From Octopus bimaculoides (taxonomy: Eukaryota), in contig NC_069000.1 of NCBI RefSeq assembly GCF_001194135.2, positions 43,988,851 to 44,052,850 on the forward strand: DNA of 64,000 nt, given 5' to 3'. Shown one piece after another: positions 1 through 12,546 of the stretch. The notes beneath the pieces were generated by a model that ran no database searches, was not told the DNA's origin, and worked only from the letters and a program-made list of their open reading frames with translations. Position 1 is the first letter of the stretch; every line of letters starts with the position of its first letter. Position numbers and translations under genes: made by a program.

Positions 1-119
1 TATATATATATATATATATATCTGCCTCTCACTCTCTTTCTCTACTCTATCTTGGTGAATCCCTCGTACACAAATTCACGCACACACACATACACACACA
101 CACATTCTCGAACTCAGTC

Positions 120-153
120 ACTCTCTTTCTTTCTCTCGCTCTCTCTCTCTTTC

Positions 154-197
<44 letters not shown>

Positions 198-205
198 TCC
201 TCTAT
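120..205. repeat. (CT)n microsatellite
   Basis: Direct inspection. Confidence 0.95.
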
Positions 206-220
206 CTGCATGAGCCCTTC

Positions 221-946
221 ATGCATATGTATATGTTTTTACGTCCTTATGCAGGCATTATCGGTTCTCCCATCTTTAGAACTACTTTATCTAAAAAACG
301 AAAAAGGGTTGGACCTTTGGAAACGACATTCCTAAATGTTACAATAGCAGCTCAGCTTGAGAGATGTTCAAAATTTCAGTTTTGTATCATCAATATAGTT
401 CGTATCAATTCAATATGTTATCGTGAAAATATCGTTCTAACGTTAATTTTGTTTTCAGTAAGGTCTGGTATAAAGGATGTGGACTATACTGAGGAGTCCC
501 TTAATTTCAACCGTCACTCTGGATATTTATGTCGAGCAAATACTGGCTTAGTTCCTGGAAGTACAGTCACCTTTGAATGGAAAGTTGTAACAGTTGCTAA
601 GTCATATGATGGAACTATAAAAAAAAAGCTGATACATACGAAAGAAGACGAAATAACTGTTCCTATTGCTGACAAATGTTATTCTGAGATATCTTCATTC
701 TACTCGTGCATTCCTTTACGAGATGTCGAATTCTTTTCGTACATTGAATGTTCAGTATTTGGACAGACACAGGTCAAACCAAACGACAGGTGGTGGAAAC
801 GTAAGCTAATATATTTCGTTTTATTATTTACTGTATTTATTTATTCTTTTTCCATTTATGGAGATCATTTATACAAATGTAAATATAAGGAAGAAGGGGA
901 TGATGATGGTCTAGTTACAATAGTGACAGGGATGCTAGTTAAATGA
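221..946 (+). CDS. Orphan ORF / probable Ig-like-domain exon(s) with a C-terminal hydrophobic segment
   Basis: 241 stop-free codons in AT-rich DNA. Candidate phase1-phase1 exon 459..800 (ttttcag| ... |gtaag) reads YLCRANTGLVPGSTVTFEWK...FSYIECSV, a Cys/Trp/Cys spacing like an Ig fold. The hydrophobic stretch LIYFVLLFTVFIYSFSIYG follows if the donor is read through. Family not identified. Confidence 0.5.
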   Translation: MHMYMFLRPYAGIIGSPIFRTTLSKKRKRVGPLETTFLNVTIAAQLERCSKFQFCIINIVRINSICYRENIVLTLILFSVRSGIKDVDYTEESLNFNRHSGYLCRANTGLVPGSTVTFEWKVVTVAKSYDGTIKKKLIHTKEDEITVPIADKCYSEISSFYSCIPLRDVEFFSYIECSVFGQTQVKPNDRWWKRKLIYFVLLFTVFIYSFSIYGDHLYKCKYKEEGDDDGLVTIVTGMLVK

Positions 947-3900
947 TCATCATTATAAATAATTAGGATCAATTTTTTTAATGCAAGCATATACACATGT
1001 TCAGGTTCTTAAAATGTTTTTAGAAACTAAATCTAATGAACAAATTGATTGCCAAATGTAGAAATGGTTCTAAGTTATTTTCTTAAAATAATCTTGTTAT
1101 ATAAAAGAGCATTTGTAACTATTTTAGTTTTTTTTAATTCTAACTTCAGCCACAATATCTTAAGTAATTTTCTTTGCCTCTACTTTTCCATGTTTAATTC
1201 CTCTTGTTCTGTACGAGATTAAACACTTAAGAATATTCTACGAGTCTGTGGCTGCTTTTTTCATTCTAGTCCACTTTTAATTTCCAGGCAACGTTTCTAT
1301 TATAATTAATTATGTTTATATTTATAATTGAAAACGAATTGAGTCTATTTTAAATAATTTTTAAATACAGATTCATAAAGTTTGTTTGCACATGAAAATA
1401 ACAAAGAATTAATAGCAGCACATCGGTTACAAATAAATATACTTCCAAACAATTTTTACTATAAAATAATGTTATAATCTAATTAAATAATTAATAATTA
1501 ATGCTTATTGTAAATGCTATTTCTTTTATTTTAATATGTTTTGAATGTGTACATACTTTAATACATAGACAAAATAATAAGAATTATGCTGAAATTGCAA
1601 AACATCATAGCTATTTTTACGCTTAACCCTTTCAGCCCTTAACACCGGTTTACAGGTGGGGTGCATCTGGAAGCCATGTATAGGGTCAAATAAGGATTAG
1701 GAGGTCAGGGTTCAAAAAATTAGTCTATTTAAACGAGGTCTTCTCCAAAATATTTGCCTCGGTGAGCTCTTTCATTTGAGTTCAAACAATATCATTTTTC
1801 TCTTAAAAAGACGAAAATATTTTGATTTCTTAAAATTATTACCATTCTTTTAGTCACTTAATCCTACAGAACAGTTTTTGTAGCTAAAACGTTTTGAGTA
1901 GGCTTTTGCCAAAAGACATTTCTCATAGAGTTTTTTCAGCTGAACTAAATCTCGAACACAAAGTAGCTGTGAAAACAGCTCAGAAGATTGGCTCTATACC
2001 CCCTACTTTAGAAAACAGGAAAAAAATGGCTAACAAGCCGCGAGGGAATATCGAACCTGTGACTCACAAACTTTAGTGTAGCTCTCTGTACCATTAAGCC
2101 AAGCGACTTATGACATCAGATCTCTCCTTTCATATCTTAAAATGGCAAAACTATTTAAACTTGTAGGAATCATCGCACTTTTTGGCATTTAAATCTACAC
2201 CGATATCAATTGAGATATGAAGATTCAAAGTCAATATTTGAGTTTCCTTACTATTTTTACCGCCAATCAAAGCCCCACGACTTTTTTCTTGCAAATACTC
2301 TTTATCGCGGTTTTCCCCAAAAGACTCTTTTCAATGAACGCACTTTTTAAAACTGTTAATCCATATTTTTCTCTTAACAAAACAGATATTTTGAGTCAAA
2401 GTCAACTTCTCGCCTGACTCTCGCAATTTTGACATCGCATATTTTGACATGACTTTGTTTATATTGAATCAAGTTTCAATTATCTGATCTTAAAGCTTAG
2501 TGCAGTAGTAATCCCTGATGGATTAGGTGCCTTCTCTATATTCGTATCCCAAATCACTATTTCTGCCATACTGCTGTCAACTTGAATGGAAGCCCAACCT
2601 GTTGGGTACTCTCGAATTGAGTACCTCTCTCACTTTCTTTACACAATCTTCATGAGTCCCTCGTACGTACACACACACACACATCCATGCACATATAGCA
2701 TATAAGATGGTAAAAAATATATTAGTGCCAACAATAAATGTGAACTCACTTTCAATGTCAGCTTTTTACCCATTCATGCCGATCGTCCGTTTAAACTAAC
2801 ACTTAATTGATAAGGGTATAAAACAAATATTTGATACAAATTGTGATTTGTGTATGCAGTCTGTATCACAGAATGAAACATGTTCTTAACGCGTATGCAG
2901 TCTGTTTGAACAAACGCTCGATCCATTACTTGTAACAACCAGAGTTGTGCAATATGGTGACTACAAAGCTGAACGCACAATTTCATTCACTAGAAAAATT
3001 TCAGCATGAATGTGTTAATCTCCATTCTTTGAATGACCAAATACTTTCCTTGACACATCTCCGTTTTCCTTTACAGGTCGTTGCTTCTCTGGTTCTGGTG
3101 TAGCAAACTCTAAATGGGTTTTGGTAGTCAAGCTCATTCTTCTGCTTCTCGTTGTTGTAATTTCTCGCTAGCATCACCCCGTCTTACTTAAAAATCATAA
3201 TGAACGTTTGTAAAGGTAAATAACTTTCTTTTCTTGGTGTTTCTCTTCATATCTTTCCAGTCCACCATTTTCTTTTTCTTTATATACATCCTGTCGTCTG
3301 CTAGAGGATGGCAGGGGTTCGCTCGCTCTGGTAGCAGGATACAGGATGCAGCGTTGCACCGATTACCAGCTGACGGAGGATATACATATCATAAAAACAC
3401 AGAGTGTATGAGAGATGAATATATATATTCAACTACTTCATATCCGTAGGGTTACAGCCGTTTCGCAGCCTTCATGATATAATAATGGCTTAAGCGTACA
3501 ATAAATTATTTTGTATGCCTGCACCAGCATGCATGCTATGAATTGCACAGTTTAATTGTACAATTACAAATCAGTGCAGATAAAGAAGGCTTTCTCTTCA
3601 GATCGCCAGAACATCGTGGTTACGCCAATGCTTCAACTCTACAGATACATACAAAAATCATCCTTTATATATACACAATGTATGGAAGACCAATAATTGA
3701 TAAAATTAGATTGGTGTTGTGACTAAAGAGTAAATGTAAATTATAACTACATTTGTATGTTATCAGTGAAGGTGCTGGATCTAAGTTGAGTGACTTGACC
3801 GTCCTTAATATTAAGAGACAAGAAAGGGATACGAGAGGAAGTAACCATTAAATAGTACTCACACACACACACACAGTGGAGTAACATATTACGTAATATG

Positions 3901-4106
3901 AAGAAAAACAGATTATCTATATTTATGTATTTTGGTCGAATCTTTGCTAAAGTAGATCAGTACTGAGCATCAGTTAAGCTGAGCATTGATATTTAAAGAT
4001 AACGAAACAAATATGAATTATAATATAATTTCCTTTAATCTGGAAAAATAAGTAAGAATTAACGGATATGTAATAATTGTATAGGTAAGGCAATGTTATT
4101 TAGACA

Positions 4107-4338
4107 TACAGGGTGCGCTAGAAGTAACGCCTTTTTGTATTTGCGTTTTATATTTCCCAATTGAGTTTCTTTTTAATTTCCTAAAACTTCTGCAATTTTT
4201 TTTTTCATTAGTTTATTGTTCGTTTCTTTAAGTAATGCAATAAATCTGTGTTCAATAAAAAAAAATTACTGAATAAACATTTATATACTATAAAAATTAT
4301 TAAATGCAAAAAGAGCGTTACTTCCGCCACATCCTGTA
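4107..4338. mobile_element. Tc1/mariner-type MITE
   Basis: TA-flanked imperfect TIRs tacagggtgcgctagaagtaacgcctttttg ... caaaaagagcgttacttccgccacatcctgta. Confidence 0.65.
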
Positions 4339-4517
4339 TTATGAAAGAAATTAGATTGAAATTGAATTGAATGGTTCCTGGAATAAAACGATATATATAT
4401 ATAACTTATTATGGATATGTTAGAAATCAATGTTATAAGTAAGTATATTTATGTAAGCTATTATACAATTACATGATGTATGAAATATAGATATAAATTC
4501 CGGTTCTAATAGGGATC

Positions 4518-4620
4518 TACAGCAATCCCTCACCATATCGCAGTTCACCTATCGCGGCTCAACTATCACGGTTCACTTATCGCGGTTTATTATGTAAGCT
4601 TACGTAGATTCCTCCGTAGT
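4518..4620 (+). mobile_element. pogo/Tigger-like transposon end (remnant)
   Basis: ta|cagcaatccctcaccatatcgc followed by short repeats of ttcacctatcgcgg, resembling Tigger-type termini; second end not located. Confidence 0.4.
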
Positions 4621-7243
4621 GTTTTTTTTTTTTGCAGTTATAATAAAATAAATATACACAAATTATAAAAATAATTTTAAAAAATATACAGTACCGGATT
4701 GTTTGTACTTTGCGTATTTTCTCCTCGAGGTGTAATTAATCCGGTTTTAAATTTAGTAAAGTATTAATTGTTAATAAGGAACCTAACAATAAGTGATATT
4801 AAAAATTACAGAATGATTAATACTATTAATAAAACAGATATTTGCGAGTATGTAAGCATGGGGAGAATTTTTCAACTCGCTCGTTTAATAATAATTTATT
4901 ATTAAAAAAAAGAATATTATAGCGTTCCGATGTGCAGAGTTGACAATTTTTATCTGGTGGATGGTAGGATTTTGCATAACATATAATCTTTCATTTAATT
5001 TTAAAACTGATATTACTGACTTTTAATTTCCAGAGGAATTTACTAAAACTAGTCGAAGAACTTTACTGGGGTTGCTAAAAGAATATTGGTGGTTAGCCAT
5101 ACGGATTTTCATAAAAAATACCGTCGAACAAATATAGGAAATGTGTTTGCTTTCAGCTTCAACTATAGCTTGATAAACTAAATTCTTCGGTTTGCAATAG
5201 TTATTAAACTTACATTGTTCTTTAACTCTACAATTGCAAAACTTAGATTATCATTAGAATTAGTAGGTGTGTTATGGGCAGTAATTTATCTTTGATTGCT
5301 TTTATTAAGATCTCGTGGATTATGTTTAAGTCGTACATATTTTTTGTTTATTATGGGGCAGAATAAGCTTACGTTTGGCTTTAGCGGAATTCATAGAAGA
5401 TATATATGTAAACAAATTACACGAGACGAAATGACCATATCTAAAATGTTTACCCTGAAATATGTCACTATATTTGTGTTTATTACGAGAGAAGTGTCTA
5501 TTAACATAGACACACCTGTCTATTATTGTATACATTAAATATGCAGATACATGTCTTTGCATATAGATAAAACGATATATACATACATACGTACATACAT
5601 ATTGGCATATACATAGGCATCAACATATGTGTATATATATATATATAGATATGGTAACACGACACTTATCTATATATGTACTTATATCAGCTTATACATA
5701 TAAATGCTTCAAGGTAAACACTTCCCTTCCATTCAACCTGATAAATTTGTATTTTTGTAATCACGTGTATGCTGTAGTCTGCGATTTTTATCACAGGCAG
5801 GAAGATGGTGCAAATAGTCAAGGGAAACTTTGGCGATAAACTTGGGAGGTCTGCTACAGAGACTTTGAGCATACGTCGGTAAGCTTACTGTGAAGAGCCT
5901 AATGGGTCGTACGCAATGGGTTTCGAGTGGCACGGGCACACAACAGAGCCACAGCTCAATGAAGGGCATGCTCAGTCACGAGCAAGCTCATCGTTCTTTT
6001 CGACATCACTGCTTGAGAACTAAGGACGATATGGGTGAGAGCACATTCATGCCAAAACGCATGCTGGAGTTGCCATGGTTCGTCCCTTAATTCAGGGTTT
6101 GACAACTGTGATCAAAATGTCGATACAGACCATGGTATTGATTCTAGGGTCCTGGGTACGAAGTGAAAGGTATGATATTATTCTCGTTCCTTTCCATCCT
6201 AAGACCATCAGAGACAACTGGAATTTTGAGTGCATCTCTGTGAATATAACATTGGGGACTGAACATACGCATCTCACGTGCATCCAGTTCGGTTTATGGT
6301 TTTGTTGGAACTTGTTCTTACTGGAGAAGAACCAGAGAACGACTGGTTACCTATATTGCACCAGTTTACTCAACAAACTCTTCGATCAAGTCTCTCAGTT
6401 CACACAAACACACAAGAAGCCTATACACATCCTCAGCAACACAAAATACCCTCGTGGGCCTAGTTTTACATTGACACTAAACACATATCAATAGTCTCTG
6501 TATATTTATTTATTCTTTGGTGTTACTTCTCTCAAACCCGAGTCTCGTCCCATTCGAAAGGTTGGTTACTTCCCCTGTTGGTGTGTTCTTCAATGATGAG
6601 TTTTCTTTTATCCTTCTGTTCACCACAAGTCCGAGTGGCACCGACAAAAGTCTTCTAAACCTCATCTAATGAATTCCTCAGATATTTCTTGGTTTATTTA
6701 CAGATTCCTGTTTACGTTGACCGACTCCCGTTTCGAATGGCGTATTAAGTGATGCTGACAACATCCAAGGACCATTTCCCGTTCCAGATTATACAAGATC
6801 TATAATAATTTTTACTACTTATCTTAATTGTAATAATTATAAGTCACCAATTGTAGAAATACTAACGGTAGTAAAATAAAGAACTGATATTAACAATCAC
6901 ACATTTAATTTACAATTTTATATACACACAATCTGAATATGTTTACATAGTTTCTTCAGATTAAAGTGAACTTTTGTGAAATTAACAATAAACTTACACC
7001 AAAATTATTTTGATTTCAAAGTCAAACATTATTCTTACATGGAATATGTTAATGGATTAGGATTATATTCTCGCTGCCAACGTCACCATGCAATCACCAT
7101 CACCCACCGCTATCATCATCATCGTCATCGCCATCACCACAATGTGGGTCATATATCAGCAAGCGTATATATAAAAAAAGAATTAACAGAATGAGATAAA
7201 AATCCAAGGATGTGAAAGATTTCAGAACATTTATAAAGAGAAG

Positions 7244-7291
7244 GTCTTACAGCTGTTTCCGGGATATTTATTATATCCCTTCATCAGAGAC
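7244..7291 (-). ncRNA. Type I hammerhead ribozyme motif (Penelope-like)
   Basis: - strand: GTCT CTGATGA A GGGATAT aataa ATATCCC G GAAA CAGCT GTA AGAC. Complete core, 7-bp helix II, palindromic helix III ACAGCTGT, GUA cleavage triplet, helix I GTCT/AGAC. Confidence 0.75.
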
Positions 7292-7578
7292 GGTGTGAGA
7301 GAATGGTTAAGCAATAGTTATTCTAGGGAAGATATGAAATACAGAGTGAAGTGGAGGAATAAAAATAGACATGAGACATGCAGGGATATTGAATCTACAT
7401 ACTGGAACTGCAGATTCAATATCAATTATTTTATATATACACACGCTGATATATAACCCACGTTGGACTCCTTATTCACATAATCACCGAACCTGGAACT
7501 TAATTATGGTCTGTCCATAGCACTCACTCAGCATTACCTAACACCTTTGGGTCTTCTTGACACCATTACCTCTCATAA

Positions 7579-7641
<63 letters not shown>

Positions 7642-7676
7642 GCATATATATATACATATATTATATTATATTATAT

Positions 7677-7713
<37 letters not shown>

Positions 7714-7740
7714 TTTATTATATTATATTATAGTATATTA

Positions 7741-7945
7741 TATTGGGTTGGTGCATAATTATTGTGGCTTTTTTTTTCAATAAATTTCATTCAACAAAAA
7801 CAATAACAACATGTAACAAAAACATCTTTAAATGATTATTCCGGAGCATAGTCACCATCTACTTCAATTTCTGCTTGGCGCTTTGTTTAAATTTTTTGTT
7901 GAATAAAATTTATTGAAAAGCCGCAATAATTATGGACCAACCTAC
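7741..7945. mobile_element. mariner-derived MITE
   Basis: TIRs tattgggttggtgcataattattg ... caataattatggaccaaccta; same family as 62277-62499. Confidence 0.75.
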
Positions 7946-8374
7946 TATATATGCTTTGATCCATGTGTGTGTGTGTGTGCGCGCGCATGTAAGTGTGTAT
8001 CTACACACATGTGTATGTGCACGTTTGTGGGTGAACGCACGCATATGCCAGCACGCGTGAGTGCGTGTTCGATCAAAGATCACAACGACGAATAAACAAC
8101 ATTTTCCCAAGTAAATATTTGATGATGTTTTATACATCAGCACGAAATTTAGATAATCTGCTATCAAATAATTAATAGCTGCAGAAGCATCACTAATACC
8201 AAAAGGTAATATTTATCCCCACTTAGAAATGAATGTTGTGTTAGAACACAAAATACTGCGTTATTTATCACAAGAGAACTTTTCATATGGACTCATGGTA
8301 TATAAAATCAATTGTGTTTCTATCACTGGTTAAAGGTATTCGTCTGCAACCGCTACCAGAACTGCCAGATTGAA

Positions 8375-8733
8375 TACGAGAGTGAGTCAAAAAGTAATGC
8401 CATTTTGTTTAGGACAGGTATAATTACCAACACAGGAACATGTATCATACATCAAAATGAAGCTGGTCCTCTGTGGATCACATCCCTACTTCTCAACATA
8501 GTCGCCGTTTCCCTCAACAGCAATGTTCCACCTTCGAATGAGAGAATGTATCCCTGCCCCGTAAAATTCTGTTGACTGTTCTTTGAGCCACTTCTTCACT
8601 ACAGTTTTCACTTCCTCGTCACTGGAATAATTTAGCGCCTTCAGACTATCATCTTTTCGGCCCCATGAAAGAGTGTTTGAGAGGAAAACATTATTCCAGT
8701 GACGAGGGAGTGAAAACTGTAGTGAAGAAGTGG
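8375..8733. mobile_element. mariner 3' remnant with internal inversion
   Basis: TIR-like tacgagagtgagtcaaaaagtaatgcc at 8375. - strand encodes HYSSDEEVKTVVKKWLKEQSTEFYGAGIHSLIRRW...GDYVEK; + strand encodes LAPSDYHLFGPMKECLRGKHYSSDEGVKTVVKKW. Confidence 0.8.
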
Positions 8734-9381
8734 CCCAAAGTGGTGGTGGTGGTGGTAGTGGTGGTGGTGCTGTTGCTGCTGCTGCTGCTGTTGCTGCTGG
8801 TACCAGTGCTGATAATACTAACAGTGACGGTGATGGTGGTGGTGGTGGTATGGTGGTGACATTGCTAATGAAGAGAGGAGAAGTAAGAGGGATATTAATA
8901 GCAAAAAAAAAAAAAAAAGAAAGAAATACAGGAGCAAAAGGGTCAAATTATTTCTTTCCTTTCCTTTTTCTGTGATTCCTTTCGGCTAAAAACCAAAAAA
9001 CAGAAAAAGAACAAAAATACAAATAAAACAGAACAATTTTACCCAAAAATAATCAGAGCTTCTTTCTTTCTTTTCCTTTTTTTTTTCTTCCGTTATCGGA
9101 ATATATCATAACAAAAGATAACGTAGTGTGTGATCATAATAGGACTTAATGAGTTATTTAATGAGTNNNNNNNNNNNNNNNNNNNNNNNNNNNNNNNNNN
9201 NNNNNNNNNNNNNNNNNNNNNNNNNNNNNNNNNNNNNNNNNNNNNNNNNNNNNNNNNNNNNNNNNNNNNNNNNNNNNNNNNNNNNNNNNNNNNNNNNNAA
9301 AGAAGGAGAAAATGGCAAAGAAATGTTTTCTTTCCTTTTAATTCTTTTTCTTTTTGAGTTTGTTTTGTTATATCTACATCA

Positions 9382-9438
<57 letters not shown>

Positions 9439-9635
9439 ATCTCTCTCTCTCTTTCTCTCTCTCTCTTTCTCTCTCTCTCTTTCTGCTTCTGTCTCTATCT
9501 CTCTCTGTCTGTCTCTCTCTCTCTCTCTCTCTCCCTCTCTCTTTCTGCTTCTGTCTCTGTCTGTCTCTCTCTCTCTTTTGCACCCCCCACATTCACACCC
9601 ATGCATCTGTACACATGTATTACATATGTATATAG

Positions 9636-9679
<44 letters not shown>

Positions 9680-10919
9680 ATGTATATGTATGTATATACA
9701 TAGAGATAGATAGATAGATACATACATACATACGTACATACATACATACATATATATGTGTATACATATTCATGCATATATACATATATATATATATATA
9801 TATGCATGTATGTATATATATANNNNNNNNNNNNNNNNNNNNNNNNNNNNNNNNNNNNNNNNNNNNNNNNNNNNNNNNNNNNNNNNNNNNNNNNNNNNNN
9901 NNNNNNNNNNNNNNNNNNNNNNNNNNNNNNNNNNNNNNNNNNNNNNNNNNNNNNNNNNNNNNNNNNNNNNNNNNNNNNNNNNNNNNNNNNNNNNNNNNNN
10001 NNNNNNNNNNNNNNNNNNNNNNNNNNNNNNNNNNNNNNNNNNNNNNNNNNNNNNNNNNNNNNNNNNNNNNNNNNNNNNNNNNNNNNNNNNNNNNNNNNNN
10101 NNNNNNNNNNNNNNNNNNNNNNNNNNNNNNNNNNNNNNNNNNNNNNNNNNNNNNNNNNNNNNNNNNNNNNNNNNNNNNNNNNNNNNNNNNNNNNNNNNNN
10201 NNNNNNNNNNNNNNNNNNNNNNNNNNNNNNNNNNNNNNNNNNNNNNNNNNNNNNNNNNNNNNNNNNNNNNNNNNNNNNNNNNNNNNNNTATATATATAGG
10301 AGCAGGAGTGGCTGTGTGGTAAGTAGCTTGCTTACCAACCACATGGTTCTGGGTTCATTCCCACTGTGTGACACCTTGGGCAAGTGTCTTTTACTATAGC
10401 CCCGAGACGACCAAAGCCTTGTGAGTGTATTTGGTAGACAGAAACTGAAAGAAGCCCGTCGTATATATGTATATGTACGTGTGTGTATGTTTGTGCGTCT
10501 GTGTTTATCCCCCCAACACTGCTTGACAACTGATGGTGGTGTGTTTACGTCCCCGTAACTTAGCGGTTCGGCATAAGAGACCGATAGAATAAGTACTAGG
10601 CTTCCAAAGAATAAGTCCTGAGGTCGATTTGTTCAACTAAAGGTGGTGAAACAAGTAAAAGAGAAAAGAGAAGATATATATAATACATTTCTAAATCTCT
10701 CAGAGAGATTTATACAGTAGCAACGCAATCTGAGGAATTCTCCATTTTCTGATTACTTGCATTATATATTTATACATACATACATACACATATCTATCTA
10801 TCTATATATATATGAATGAGAATGTATGTCTGTGTGTGTCTGTGTGAATCCTATAATGTCAAGCACCAAAGACTGTGGGCAGGGAAAGGAGTAACACCAG
10901 CACCCCAAGCTAAAGCACA

Positions 10920-11458
10920 TAAGGTGTTGTTATCTGTTTGGTGGGATATGAAAGGTTTAGTCCACTTTTAAACCCAAACCAAACGATAACAAAGGAGATC
11001 TACTGTGAGGAGCTTGAGCGGCTTAAGTCAGCGCTAGAAGAAAAACGACCATCTTTGGTTTCAAGACAAAAGGTGTTCTTCCATCAGGATAATGCTCAAC
11101 CACAGCGAGGATGACATTCCAAAGGCTGGAACACTTTGAATGGGAAACAATGCCCCTCCCACCATACTCACTGGACATTGCCCCATCCGATTATCATTTA
11201 TTCCGCAGTCTTCAAAATCATTTGGATGGGAAAAATATGAATTCTGTAGACAAGGTCAGAACAGTACTGGAGGAGTATCTTTCCTCATGGACAAGTGAAT
11301 TTGGGAAAAGCGAACTTGCAAGTCTACCAGATAGATGGAAGAGCATTGTAGAAAATGAAGGAGTGTTTTTTTGAGATTAAAAAAGAACTTTGTTTATCTT
11401 AATTTTGAAAAATAAAAGAAGTATACAAAAACCGCATTACTTGTGGGATGACCCAATG
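10920..11458 (+). mobile_element. mariner transposase pseudogene fragment (DD34D C-terminal half)
   Basis: VWWDMKG...FHQDNAQP...PPYSLDIAPSDYHLFRSLQNHLDGK...LPDRWKSIVENEG with frameshifts; TIR aaaaccgcattacttgtgggatgacccaat at the 3' end. Confidence 0.9.
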
Positions 11459-11728
11459 TGTATGTGTGTGTGTGTGTGTGTGTGAATGTATATATACATA
11501 AGCATGCATGTATCTATGCATGTACATATGTATGCATGTATATATGTATATATGTGTGTGTATGTGTGTATGTATGCGTGTATATATATATGTGTGTGTA
11601 TGTATTTATGAGTGTATGTATGTATGTATGTATGTATGAATGTATGTATGTGTGTGTATATATGTGTGTATGTATTTATAAGCATATGTATGTATTAATG
11701 TATGTATCTTTGTGTATATATGTGTGTA

Positions 11729-11764
<36 letters not shown>

Positions 11765-11774
11765 NNNNNNNNNN

Positions 11775-11818
<44 letters not shown>

Positions 11819-12504
11819 GTGTGTGCATTTATGAGCGTATGTATGTATGTATGTATGTATGCATATATGTATATATGCATGTATGTATGTCTGTATGTGT
11901 ATATACAAAACACACACATAATCATACATAATGGAAGATTTAAAGAGAACAGGAAAATATATAAAGATCATCATAAATATATATAAAAAAGAATCATGAA
12001 AAAACATAAAATAAATACGCCAATGAAATACCAGAATGGAGCGTTTGAACTGTTGCTGGTTCGGAAATGCAAAGTGTGAGAACTAGAGTGGCAACAGGGA
12101 GGAAAGGGGGAAATGAGAAAGAGAGACAGAGAGAGAGAGGGGGATAGTGTGTGCATGAGAGAGAGAGAGAATAAGAGAGAGTGTGTGTGTGTTGCACATG
12201 CTTGTGTAAGACAGACACAGCATTAGTTTCACTATGAGGGTGTGTGTGTGGGAGAGAGAGAGAGAGAGAGCAAGATGAAGTGTATGTATGCCTAATGAGG
12301 AGAGGAAGAGAGAGAGAGAGATGGAGGGAGACAGAGAGGAAACGTTTGTGTGCATGTGTGGGTGCGTGTATGTGAATGCGTGTGCGTGTGTATGTGTGGA
12401 GCAAGGATGAAGCAAAAATATTAAGAAATGACAATTTATTTAGAATAAATTCATTTGTTCATTGTCTCTCCCTCTTTTCTTTTCGTTCCCTATTATTATT
12501 ATTA

Positions 12505-12546
<42 letters not shown>

